Shown: positions 36,765 through 50,300 of the stretch, in pieces
Layout: each line of letters begins with the position of its first letter
How positions within the stretch are numbered: the stretch's first letter is position 1
Assembly (NCBI GenBank): GCA_964016885.1
Contig: OZ024745.1
Coordinates: 29,078,001-29,142,000, forward strand
DNA: 64,000 nucleotides
Direction of reading: 5' to 3'
Source: Eledone cirrhosa
Lineage: Eukaryota
Position numbers and translations under genes: made by a program
The notes under the pieces: model-generated
Database searches by the model: none
What the model saw: the letters and a program-made list of their open reading frames with translations, nothing else
What the model was told of the DNA's origin: nothing

Positions 36765-39060
36765 TGGGGAAGTAGAGAAGACTATCAAGTGGCCAGGAGG
36801 GAAACTAGGAGACAAGTGTACTTCGCAAGAAGGGAAGCAGAGGAAAGAAAGTTCAAGCATGTTCTACAACGCGAGGACCAAAAACGTGAGGTGTTCAGGA
36901 TTGCTAGGCAATGTGTCAAGGAAAACCGTGATATCGTCGGGGAGAAGTGTGTCCTTAATGATGATGGTGTACTTGCCATCACTGACGCTGATAAGAAGGT
37001 AGCTTGGAAGTGTCACTACGAAAGGCTTCTAAATGAGGAGAATAAATGGGAGAAAGACAGTCTCCCCCACATCGACCCAATAGAGGGACCGGCAGTGTTA
37101 GTCGAAGGTAGTATAATAAGTAAGGCAATCAGAGATATGAAGACGGGTGAGGCGGCTGGGCCTTCGGAAATAGTTGCTGAAATGCTGAAAGCTTCTGGAA
37201 CGGTGGGACACACCATGGTCACCCGGATAGTAAACCAAGTCATACAGAATGGGGTTGTTTCGAAGGACTGGCGTAGCAGCAACATCATTAACTGCTACAA
37301 GGGTAAAGGAGATGCCCTATCTAGGGATAACTATAGAGGCATTAAATTAATCGACCAGGTCATGAAGGTCACAGAAAAAGTAATAGCGCAACTAATCAGA
37401 GAGCGAATTGATCTAGATGAAATGCAGTTCGGGTTTGTGTCAGGTAAAAGTACCACAGACGCTCTTTTCATTGTACGACAACTACAGGAGAAGTACCTAG
37501 CTAAAAGTAAACCCCTATACTTAGCTTTTGTCGACTTGGAGAAAGCCTTTGACAGAGGCCCCCGTTCCATTATCTGGTGGGCTCTTAGAAAACTAGGTGT
37601 TGATGAATGGCTTGTGAGAGCTATACAAGCCATGTATAAAGAAACAGTCAGCAAGGTTAGAATTAACAAGGAATATAGTGAAGAGTTTAGTGTAAAAGTT
37701 GGTGTTCATCAGGGCTCCGTTCTTAGCCCCCTACTATTTATTATTGCCCTTCAGGCTATAACAGTGGAGTTCAAGACCGGCAGCCCATGGGAACTCCTAT
37801 ACGCAGATGATCTAACGCTCATAGCTGAATCAATGGCTGAACTAGAGAAGAAATTCCAAACATGGAAGCATGGACTAGAATCAAAAGGCCTTAAAATTAA
37901 CCTGTCTAAGACTAAAATTCTAGTTTGTAGGAAGGAAAATAGGGCACCGGTCCCATCCTGGAAATTGCCATGCTCAGTGTGTAGGAAAGGAGTAGGTAGA
38001 AACTCCATTTTATGTCCCAAATGCAAAGTATGGGTGCATAAAAGATGTAGTGGGATCACAGGTAAGCTAACTAAGAATATAGATTTTATATGTGGCCGGT
38101 GCTCTGGTGCAATAAGTAGCAGCAAGTGCCCACAGAATACTAGCTCATTCCATTACACAGATGGTTCTATAGAAATAGTGGACACCTTCCGTTACTTGGG
38201 TGACAAAATCAGCAGTGGTGGAGGGTGCTCTGGATGAAAAACGTTCAGAGAGCTTATACCACTATTAGCCGCTAAAGGGTTCTCCCTAAAAATGAAAGGC
38301 AGGCTGTATGACGCCTGCATACGAACAGCAATGTTACATGGCAGTGAGACCTCCGCTGGATGTGTAATAGTAATATACGTGAACGGCAAAGTATAAACGA
38401 ACTAAGGGAAAAATTAGAAATAAGAGAGATCAGATGTTGTTTACTCGAGAGAAGACTACGTTGGTATGGTCACGTGATGCGCATGAAAGACGACAGCTGT
38501 ATAAAAAAAGTGCAGGGCAATAAAAATAGACGGTAGTCACGGAGTAGGCAGACCCAGAAAAACTTGGGACGACTTGATAAATTCCGACCTCACACACTTA
38601 CACCTCTCCAAGACAATGTCACTGGACCGAGATCTTTGGCACTACACAGTAATACAGACGACCCGCCTTACCTAAGTACAAAGTGAAACCTACTACAGTC
38701 ACTAGGCACCTCTAACAAAAATACACCCCTGTCCCACTACCCCATCCACACCACCCCTTTCAATGTAAAATGTAAAGTTATGTTGGTACCACAACATCCA
38801 GTTCGAAACAAATGAGGTAGTGTAGGTGTCACGACAAAAAAACACACAGTCCACGCTGTAATGTGGCCGTGTAGGTAACACGGTAAAAACCTCCCAGTCC
38901 ACACTGTAAACGTGGTTGGTGTTAGGAAGGGCATCCAGCCGTAGAAAACCCGCCAGACAGTCCTATGCAAGCAAGACAACCACTCTTGCCTCAAGTGGGA
39001 AAACTCCCATCCAAACCCATGCAAGCATGGAAGATGGACGTTAAACGATGATGATGATGA
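36765..39060 (+). mobile_element. 5'-truncated copy of the same RTE LINE, with a (GAT)n tail
   Basis: The 482-aa RT ORF 36789..38237 is nearly identical to copy 1. Same 3' UTR, ending GCATGGAAGATGGACGTTAAACGATGATGATGATGA. Confidence 0.93.
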
Positions 39061-39545
39061 TATATATATATATATGGTTTGTTTGTGTGTGTACACATAT
39101 GTATATATATATGCTAGCATGGAAGATGGATGTTAAACAATGATGATGATATATGTATGGTTTGTGTGTGTATGATTTGTTTCTGTGTGTATGTGTTATA
39201 TATATGTGTGTGTGTGTTTATATATATTTATATATGTGTGTGTATTATATATATATCTGTTTGTGTGTATATATGTACGTATGATTTGTTTGTATGCATA
39301 TATGAGTGTAAATGTATACATTTATAGTTCCTTCCCTCCCACCTCACCCTATTGTTTCTATTCTGTTTGTTGGTTTCATTATTATCTCTATCTACGGGGT
39401 TGATAAAATAAAGTACCAGTAATGCACTGAGTAATTGCTGGCCTTGTCTGAATATCTCTATATCTCTAATCTATCTATACTGATGTTATTGTCGTTATAC
39501 ACACACACACACATATATATATATATAAAATATTTCTTATCTCAG

Positions 39546-39598
39546 TTGGATGCTCTGGCCAGAACACACCCATACAACCCATTGTGGGCTCAGTTAGG
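39546..39598 (+). CDS. FNIP: FNIP exon (0->2): LDALARTHPYNPLWAQL(G)
   Basis: Acceptor ttatctcag, donor gtaagt. Contains HPYNPLWAQLG. Confidence 0.96.
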
Positions 39599-39624
39599 GT
39601 AAGTAACTCACTTTAACATTTATT

Positions 39625-40080
39625 TCTTCCTTTCTTTGAGTTTTCAAACCTTAATAGATCTGAGCAGCACTTTAATGTCTTTCTTCCTCTCTTCCCCCCT
39701 TTCTTTGAATTCTAACCCCCAATAGTCTTCGGGGGCCCCTGAATATCGTTTCTCCCTCCCTCCCTCTAGTTCTCAACCACTAATAAAGTCTTAAGAGCAT
39801 CTGAATGTCCTTTTCCCCTCCATTGAGTTCTCAACCCCCAATAAAGTCTTAGTGACACCTGAATGTCCTTTCTCCCTCCCTTCCTTGAGTTCTCAACCCC
39901 TAATAGAGTCTTAAGGGCACTTGAATGTCCTTTCTTCCTTTCTCCCTCCTTTCATTGAGTTCTCAACCCCTAATAGAGTCCTAAGGGCACTTGAATGTCC
40001 TTTCCCTCTTTCATCCTCCCTTCCTTGAGTTCTCAACCCCCAATAGTTTTAGGGGCATCTCAATGTCCTTTCTTCCTTCC
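39625..40080. repeat. ~60-bp degenerate tandem repeat (~7 copies) GAGTTCTCAACCCCTAATAGAGTCTTAAGGGCACTTGAATGTCCTTT...
   Basis: Visible directly; begins just after the FNIP donor at 39599. Confidence 0.85.
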
Positions 40081-40556
40081 CTAGATCCTTAAGTCTGGAA
40101 ATATTTGTAGGGTAGGGCTTCCTTAATGTCCTTCCTTTTATGTCTGTTTTCTATGCTGGTTTGGGTTTGATAGGTTGTCAGTCTGTCAGTTAGTTCTTAT
40201 TCAGAGTTACTGCTTTACTAAATGGGTCAGTAGACCATGTTTTATTGTTATTGATATTGTTTGTGTGTGAAAGAGAGAGAGAGAGATAGTGTGTGTGAAA
40301 GAGATAGAGATAGTGTTTGTGAGAGGGAGAGATTGTGTGTGTGTGAAAGAAATAGTATATGTCTGTATGAAAGAGATTGTGTGCGTGAAAGAGAGAGAAA
40401 GAGATAAAAATAAAGATAATGTATGTGTGTGTATTTGAGAGAGAGAGAGAGAGAGATTGTGTGCGTGCGTGTGTGTTTGTAAGCAGTTATACAACTATTT
40501 CTTGTCTTTAAATGTTTGTTATGGCTTTTGAAGTATAATTTCCCTGTATTTTCCAG

Positions 40557-41432
40557 AGATCTTTATGGAAGTATTGGCAACCCCTTAAGACTGTCTCGGA
40601 CGGTGGTCACAGGGAAAAAAGCTGATTTAGTATCAAAAATCTTACATGTCCTCAGTTATTTTATCCGGTGTAGTGAGGTGCATGAAAATATTGACTTATG
40701 CAATGTGACATCTGCCTTAGAAGGTGTGTCCTTTGACGACACCGCCAGTGAATGTGAGCGGACACTCAGTGATATCATCTCGATGGACCGTGAATCAATC
40801 ATGGATGTTCAGATTAACAATTTAATTAATGAATTTCGTACTAACGATGTAGAAAAAGACGATAATTTCCCCCCACACGAGAAAGCGTGCAACATGACAA
40901 GTGCTACTGTGCAGGAGCACATGCCATGTGAAAATATTCACGTTGTCAGACACGCTGCGTCTCTTGACTCCCCGGAGGCTGTAGTGACAGTCAGAAGAAG
41001 TAGTAGTAGTAGTAGTAATAGTGATGCCACCTCATTGTGCCAAAATCTCAAGAAGAATCGTTCCAAGTTATCTGAGCAATTGGCTCAGCATGACCTCCAG
41101 CAGTCCACCTCAAAGTCGACCTCGTCAATCTGTGATGTTCAGAATGGTTTTAAAGAAGACATCAGCAATACATTTGATGAATACTTTACCAGTTCAGAAC
41201 CGAGGACCAAAGATGAAATGGTAGCCATCACCGAGGTTGGATTGCCTATAGTTGACATTCTAAGTGCTAGTAACTCAATTGCGACATCTGTGATAACCCC
41301 CTCACCATATGCTGATGATGAGGACCTTCTGCAGGACAGCCAACCCTCACTTTCTGCAACCAGTTCAAAGACTTCTCTCTGTAATACTCAGCCAGTTCCT
41401 GCTCCAATGAAAGTGTCTTTGGCACGCTCGGT
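40557..41432 (+). CDS. FNIP: FNIP large exon (2->2): [17 protein letters not shown]...YFIRCSE followed by a Ser-rich disordered linker containing FDEYF
   Basis: Acceptor ttttccag, donor gtaagt at 41433. 876-nt open exon within ORF 40516..41436. Confidence 0.93.
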
Positions 41433-41727
41433 GTAAGTTGACCCTTTTTTTTTCAATTCCATATTCTTAAAGCTTGTTTTGTATCTTTCTTATGTCTTAG
41501 CTTTGTCAGTAATTTTAAATATGTGTGTATATGTTTATATCACCATCATTTAACAGCTGTTCTTCCATGCTGCTATGGGTAACATCATCATCACATCACA
41601 GTTCAACATCTATTTTCCATGCTTGTATGGGCTTGATGGGTTGACACATTCTGTGGCTAAACTGGTTCAGTGACCATATCTTGCTCATACATTTATCACC
41701 ATCATCATTTAATGTCTGATAAGAACA

Positions 41728-42198
41728 GGATGGAAAAAGTTCTGAGAGCTTCTGAATCTGTTGATAACAAACGGTTTCCCCTCTAAGAAAGACTGACTGT
41801 TTGACACCTGTTACATGACAGTGAGAAATGGGTAGTGAATGTAAAGGATATGTATGCTTTGATGGATGTGTAATCTTATTGTACATGAATGACAAGGCAT
41901 GGATGAACTGAAAGAGAAACTGGTATAAGAGGAATCAGATGTAGTGTGCAGGAGAGAAGACTGCGCTGGTATGGACATATGATGCATATGGATGATGATT
42001 GTTGGGTGAAGAAGTGCTAATATATCCCAGTGGAAGGAAGCTGCAGTAGAAGAAAATTTGTGAGAGCTGATCTCAAATCACTGAATTTCACAGAAGAGAG
42101 GACAAAGAACTGCAACAAGTGGAGGGATACTGTGTTGACAAAGACCCATCCAACCCATGCCAGCGTGGAAAAGCAGACATAAAATGAAGATGATGATG
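41728..42198 (+). mobile_element. Degraded RTE 3' fragment
   Basis: Decayed GWKKF*ELL and ERRLRWYGHMMHM, followed by a CCATGCCAGCGTGGAAAAG...GATGATGA tail. Confidence 0.7.
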
Positions 42199-42819
42199 AA
42201 ACATATTATATATGCCTCTATGTACATCAAGTTGATAATTAATCCTAACAAATCACGCTTGCAGTATATGTAAATGTTTTATATGTAAAAAGTATATAAG
42301 CTGTAGCTTATTCTTGTCTCAGTACCAAGTAAATGTCACCAATGACAGATAAATTATCCAGAAACACATATTTAGTGTTCTCACATTTATGTAAGTTTAT
42401 TATATGGAAGTTTCAGTGACACTTCATAGTAAATAGTCACTATTAATAAAAGAAAACAAACACATTTACCTCATTTTACTTATATTTCACAATAACACAT
42501 GTATATATTTTTATCTTATATTTTGCATAAAGGTTTACATTGTTTACTTTAATAGTTCACAAGAAACAGATTTACATTATTAACTTTTACTTCACAAAAA
42601 GATTTACATTGTTTATCTTATAGTTCACATACATTTACTCTATTACATTTCAACTTTATATTTCATAGACAAATGCCCCCCTCCCCCTCTCTCTCCTTCA
42701 TATGAAAAACAAAGTTACATCGTAGTGAAACATTTTTATTGAATACAAAATATTTGAGGTTTGAAAAGACAGGGGTTAGTGTATTCTGCTAGATGTGTAA
42801 TGATAGTGTGCATGAAATG

Positions 42820-43090
42820 ATGAAGCATGGATGAGGTGAGAGAATAACTGGGAATAAGAGGAATAAGATGTTATGTGCAAGAGAAAGAGAAGACTGCCCT
42901 TGTATGAACACATGATGTGTTTGTATGTATGATTGTTGGGTGAAAAATTACCAACAGATTTCAATGCAAGAAAGACCAAGGGAAACCTGGGCAGAAATGG
43001 TGAGAACTGATCTCAGAATGCTGGATTTCATAGAGGTGCTGATGAAAGAAACACATGTACAGGAAAGGTGGGCGTAAAAATGTTGTTGTT
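42820..43090 (+). mobile_element. Second degraded RTE 3' fragment
   Basis: GCATGGATGA..AACTGG..TAAGAGGAAT..AGATGT and RPRETW-like segments parallel the fragment at 41896-42100. Confidence 0.55.
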
Positions 43091-43156
43091 GTTAGTTAAA
43101 ATAAATGTTTTATTCTTTGTCTGTTCAATTAATCATTGTTGTTGTTGTTATTGTAG

Positions 43157-43270
43157 GTCTAGCTTATCAGAAGCCAGTCGCTCGAGGCATATGTCATCTG
43201 CTAGTGCCAACACACATGATGTGGAGCTTATTGACCCACTGTTGACTTGTAAAGAACTTCCCATGCCAAA
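43157..43270 (+). CDS. FNIP: FNIP exon (2->2): SSLSEASRSRHMSSASANTHDVELIDPLLTCKELPMP
   Basis: Acceptor ttattgtag, donor gtaaat, phase compatible with the previous exon. ELPMP resembles the E(I/L)P(F/M)P motif that precedes FNIP_C. Confidence 0.8.
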
Positions 43271-43301
43271 GTAAATATATATACACACACACACACATAT
43301 A

Positions 43302-44179
43302 CAGGGTGTGGACGATATTTGTTCACAAGATTACTGTCTAGGAAAAAATAACACAGTAGTTTTATTTTTTAAGATATATTTATCAAACTTGGGTCAGTTT
43401 GTCTTCATGACTTGTTCTTTCGATCTCACTCGATAAACCCGCCATTGGCTTTGATGACGGCTTCAAGGCGGCCTCGGAACCGGCTACAGGCCTTCGTCAC
43501 TGTCCCCCGAATTAGGCCCCTAAAGGCACTTGTGATTCTGGCCTTCAGATCGTCTTTCGTATTGCAGCTAGATCTGTTGGTGTCTCGTTCCACTGCGCCC
43601 CACACAAAGAAGTCGAGGGGGTTGCAGTCAGGCGAGCTGGGAGGCCAGATGTCAGGGGAAGTGTGGTCGATGAAGTTCTCTGACAGCCAGGCTGGGGTCT
43701 TTCGGCTGGTATGGCAGGGTGCTGAGTCTTGCTGCCACATGTACGGCCTACCTGCAGCTACCTGGTCGATCCAGGGCTTTACTACCTCGCTCAGAACGCG
43801 GATGTAGCCATCGGTGTTCAGCTTGAGGCCCTCAGGGAAGAAGTTTGGTGGCTTGACGTCACCTTGACTGTTGACGACACCTAAGACCAATGTTGTCGCT
43901 GGAAACTTTGCATGACTCTGGGCATGTCTTTGGACACCATTCTCCTGGTAACCCTGAGAAAGTCTGAAATTTCCTTATTTGTCCTGGCGCGGATTTCAAG
44001 AAAAACTCCGTGTCTCTTCCACAAATTTGGAGTTTCAAAATTATTCATAATCAATTATTCTGAAAATAAATAATGGCAATATAGTCACTGTTTTTATGAA
44101 GACAAGAGTGACAACGGAAGTAAAAAAAAATTTGCATAAAATTAGCAGTTGAAAATTGCGAACAAATATCGTCTACACC

Positions 44180-44182
<3 letters not shown>
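43302..44182 (-). mobile_element. Internally deleted Tc1/mariner DD37D (maT-type) transposon
   Basis: 27-bp TIRs CAGGGTGT(G/A)GACGATATTTGTTC(A/G)CAA flanked by TA. Transposase C-half (43426..43890) has QQDSAPCH...WPPSSPDCNPLD with 37 residues between the 2nd and 3rd Asp. Confidence 0.92.
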
Positions 44183-44219
<37 letters not shown>

Positions 44220-44333
44220 AAGAGGTTATAGGAAATATATTCATTACAATCTCAATTGCTCAAAATTACTCACCCAATGAGATATGGTTTGAATGTATAT
44301 TGAGCAAACATGTCTCAGAGTGCTAACAAAGTG

Positions 44334-47300
44334 TATATAAACTATGCTAACTGCTATATAAACTATGGTAACTTCTATATAAACTATAGTAACTTCTATA
44401 TAAACTATAGTAACTGCTATATAAACTATAGTAACTGCTATGTAAAGTATAGTAACTTCTATATAAACTATAGTAACTTCTATATAAAGTATAGTAACTT
44501 CTATATAAACTACAGTAACTGCTATATAAACTATAGTAACTTCTATATAAACTATAGTAACTGCTATATAAACTATAGTAACTTCTATATAAACTATAGT
44601 AACTGCTATATAAATTATAGTAACTGCTATATAAACTATAGTAACTGCTATATAAACTATAGTAACTTCTATATAAACTATAGTAACTTCTATATAAACT
44701 ATAGTAACTGCTATATAAACTATAGTAACTGCTATATAAACTATAGTAACTTCTATATAAACTATAGTAACTTCTATATAAACTATAGTAACATCTATAT
44801 AAACTATAGTAACTGCTATATAAACTATGCTAACTTCTATATAAACTATAGTAACATCTATATAAACTATAGTAACTGCTATATAAACTATAGTAACTTC
44901 TATATAAACTATAGTAACTTCTATATAAACTATAGTAACTTCTATATAAACTATAGTAACTTCTATATAAACTATGGTAACTTCTATATAAACTATGGTA
45001 ACTTCTATATAAACTATGGTAACTTCTATATAAACTATAGTAACTTCTATATAAACTATAGTAACTGCTATATAAACTATGCTAACTTCTATATAAACTA
45101 TAGTAACTGCTATATAAACTATAGTAACTTCTATATAAACTATGCTAACTTCTATATAAACTATAGTAACTGCTATATAAACTATAGTAACTTCTATATA
45201 AACTATGGTAACTTCTATATAAACTATAGTAACATCTATATAAACTATAGTAACTTCTATATAAACTATGCTAACTTCTATATAAACTATAGTAACTGCT
45301 ATATAAACTATGCTAACTTCTATATAAACTATAGTAACTGCTATATAAATTATGGTAACTTCTATATAAACTATAGTAACTGCTATATAAACTATGCTAA
45401 CTGCTATATAAACTATAGTAACTTCTATATAAACTATGCTAACTTCTATATAAACTATAGTAACTGCTATATAAACTATGCTAACTTCTATATAAACTAT
45501 AGTAACTGCTATATAAATTATGGTAACTTCTATATAAATTATAGTAACTGCTATATAAACTATGCTAACTGCTATATAAACTATAGTAACTGCTATATAA
45601 ATTATGGTAACTTCTATATAAACTATAGTAACTGCTATATAAACTATGCTAACTGCTATATAAACTATAGTAACTTCTATATAAACTATGCTAACTGCTA
45701 TATAAACTATAGTAACTTCTATATAAACTATGCTAACTTCTATATAAACTATAGTAACTGCTATATAAACTATGCTAACTTCTATATAAACTATAGTAAC
45801 TGCTATATAAATTATGGTAACTTCTATATAAACTATGGTAACTTCTATATAAACTATAGTAACTTCTATATAAACTATAGTAACTTCTATATAAACTATG
45901 CTAACTTCTATATAAAGTATAGTAACATCTATATAAACTATAGTAACATCTATATAAACTATAGTAACTTCTATATAAACTATGCTAACTTCTATATAAA
46001 CTATGGTAACTTCTATATAAACTATGCTAACTTCTATATAAACTATAGTAACTGCTATATAAACTATAGTAACTGCTATATAAACTATAGTAACTTCTAT
46101 ATAAACTGTGGTAACATCTATATAAACTATAGTAACTTCTATATAAACTATAGTAACATCTATATAAATTATAGTAACTTCTATATAAACTATGCTAACT
46201 TCTATATAAACTATCGTAACTGCTATATAAACTATAGTAACTTCTATATAAACTATGGTAACTTCTATATAAACTATAGTAACATCTATATAAACTATAG
46301 TAACTTCTATATAAACTATGCTAACTTCTATATAAACTATAGTAACTGCTATATAAACTATAGTAACTTCCATATAAACTATGCTAACTTCTATATAAAC
46401 TATAGTAACTGCTATATAAACTATAGTAACTTCTATATAAACTATAGTAACTTCTATATAAACTATAGTAACTTCTATATAAACTATAGTAACTGCTATA
46501 TAAACTATAGTAACTTCTATATAAACTATGCTAACTTCTATATAAACTATAGTAACATCTATATAAACTATAGTAACTTCTATATAAACTATAGTAACTT
46601 CTATATAAACTATAGTAACTTCTATATAAACTATAGTAACATCTATATAAACTATGCTAACTGCTATATAAACTATAGTAACTTCTATATAAACTATAGT
46701 AACATCTATATAAACTATAGTAACTTCTATATAAACTATAGTAACATCTATATAAACTATAGTAACTTCTATATAAACTATAGTAACTTCTATATAAACT
46801 ATAGTAACTTCTATATAAACTACAGTAACTTCTATATAAACTATAGTAACTGCTATATAAACTATAGTAACATCTATATAAACTATAGTAACTTCTATAT
46901 AAACTATAGTAACTTCTATATAAACTATAGTAACTTCTATATAAACTATAGTAACATCTATATAAACTATAGTAACTTCTATATAAACTATAGTAACTTC
47001 TATATGAACTATAGTAACTTCTATATAAACTACAGTAACTTCTATATAAATTATAGTAACTGCTATATAAACTATAGTAACTTCTATATAAACTATAGTA
47101 ACTGCTATATAAACTATGGTAACTTCTATATAAACTATGCTAACTTCTCTATAAACTATAGTAACTGCTATATAAACTATAGTAACTTCTATTTAAACTA
47201 TGCTAACTGCGATATAAACTATAGTAACTTCTATATAAACTATAGTAACTTCTATATAAACTATAGTAACTGCTATATAAACTATAGTAACTGCTATATA

Positions 47301-50300
47301 AACTATAGTAACTGCTATATAAACTATAGTAACTTCTATATAAACTATAGTAACTTCTATATAAACTATAGTAACTGCTATATAAACTATAGTAACTGCT
47401 ATATAAACTATAGTAACTTCTATATAAACTATAGTCACTTCTATATAAACTATGCTAACTTCTATATAAACTATGGTAACTTCTATATAAACTATGCTAA
47501 CTTCTATATAAACTATAGTAACATCTATATAAACTATAGTAACTGCTATATAAACTATAGTAACTTCTTTATAAACTATAGTAACTGCAATATAAACTAT
47601 AGTAACTTCTATATAAACTATAGTAACTGCAAGATAAACTATAGTAACTGCTATATAAACTATAGTAACTGCTATATAAACTATAGTAACATCTATATAA
47701 ACTATAGTAACTTCTATATAAACTATAGTAACTTCTATATAAACTATAGTAACATCTATATAAACTATAGTAACTTCTATATAAACTATAGTAACTTCTA
47801 TATAAACTATAGTAACTTCTATATAAACTACAGTAACTTCTATATAAACTATAGTAACTTCTATATAAACTATAGTAGCTTCTATATAAACTATAGTAAC
47901 TTCTGTATAAACTACAGTAACTTCTATATATAAACTATAGTAACTGCCATATAAACTATAGTAACTGCTATATAAACTATAGTAACTTCTATATAAACTG
48001 TAGTAACTTCTATATAAACTACAGTAACTTCTATATAAACTATAGTAACTTCTATATAAACTATAGTAGCTTCTATATAAACTATAGTAACTTCTATATA
48101 AACTACAGTAACTTCTATATCAACTATGCTAACTGCTATATAAACTATAGTAACTTCTATATAAACTATAGTAACTTCTATATAAACTATAGTAACTTCT
48201 GTATAAACTACAGTAACTTCTATTTAAACTATGCTAACTGCGATATAAACTATAGTAACTGCTATAAAAACTATAGTAACATCTATATAAACTATAGTAA
48301 CTTCTATATAAACTATGCTAACATCTATATAAACTATGGTAACTTCTATATAAACTATGCTAACTTCTCTATAAACTATAGTAACTGCTATATAAACTAT
48401 AGTAACTTCTATTTAAACTATGCTAACTGCGATATAAACTATAGTAACTTCTATATAAACTATAGTAACTTCTATATAAACTATGCTAACATCTATATAA
48501 ACTATAGTAACTTCTATATAAACTATAGTAACTTCTATATAAACTATGCTAACTTCTATATAAACTATGCTAACTTCTATATAAACTATAGTAACATCTA
48601 TATAAACTATAGTAACTTCTATATAAACTATAGTAACTTCTATATAAACTATAGTAACTTCTATATAAACTACAGTAACTTCTATATAAACTATAGTAAC
48701 TTCTATATAAACTATAGTAGCTTCTATATAAACTATAGTAACTTCTATATAAACTACAGTAACTTCTATATCAACTATGCTAACTGCTATATAAACTATA
48801 GTAACTTCTATATAAACTATAGTAACTGCTATATAAACTATAGTAACTTCTATATAAACTATAGTAGCTTCTATATAAACTGTAGTAACTTCTATATAAA
48901 CTACAGTAACTTCTATATAAACTATAGTAACTTCTATATAAACTATAGTAACTTCTATATAAATTATAGTAACTGCTATATAAACTATAGTAACTTCTAT
49001 ATAAACTATAGTAACTGCTATATAAACTATGGTAACTTCTATATAAACTATGCTAACTTCTCTATAAACTATAGTAACTGCTATATAAACTATAGTAACT
49101 TCTATTTAAACTATGCTAACTGCGATATAAACTATAGTAACTTCTATATAAACTATAGTAACTTCTATATAAACTATGCTAACTTCTCTATAAACTATAG
49201 TAACTGCTATATAAACTATAGTAACTTCTCTATAAACTATAGTAACTTCTGTATAAACTACAGTAACTTCTATTTAAACTATGCTAACTGCAATATAAAC
49301 TATAGTAACTGCTATATAAACTATAGTAACTTCTATATAAACTATAGTAACATCTATATAAACTATAGTAACTGCTATATAAACTATAGTAACATCTATA
49401 TAAACTATAGTAACTTCTATATAAACTACAGTAACTTCTATATAAACTATAGTAACTGCTATATAAACTATAGTAACATCTATATAAACTATAGTAACTT
49501 CTATATAAACTATAGTAACTTCTATATAAACTATAGTAACTTCTATATAAACTATAGTAACATCTATATAAACTATAGTAACTTCTATATAAACTATAGT
49601 AACTTCTATATAAACTATAGTAACTTCTATATAAACTACAGTAACTTCTATATAAACTATAGTAACTTCTATATAAACTATAGTAGCTTCTATATAAACT
49701 ATAGTAACTTCTATATAAACTACAGTAACTTCTATATCAACTATGCTAACTGCTATATAAACTATAGTAACTTCTATATAAACTATAGTAACTGCTATAT
49801 AAACTATAGTAACTTCTATATAAACTATAGTAACTGCTATATAAACTATAGTAACTTCTATATAAACTATAGTAACTTCTATATAAACTATAGTAACTTC
49901 TATATAAACTACAGTAACTTCTATATAAACTATAGTAACTTCTATATAAACTATAGTAGCTTCTATATAAACTATAGTAACTTCTATATAAACTACAGTA
50001 ACTTCTATATCAACTATGCTAACTGCTATATAAACTATGCTAACATCTATATAAACTATAGTAACTTCTCTATAAACTATAGTAACTTCTGTATAAACTA
50101 CAGTAACTTCTATTTAAACTATGCTAACTGCGATATAAACTATAGTAACTGCTATATAAACTATAGTAACATCTATATAAACTATAGTAACTTCTATATA
50201 AACTATGCTAACATCTATATAAACTATGGTAACTTCTATATAAACTATGCTAACTTCTATATAAACTATAGTAACTTCTATACAAACTATGCTAACTTCT

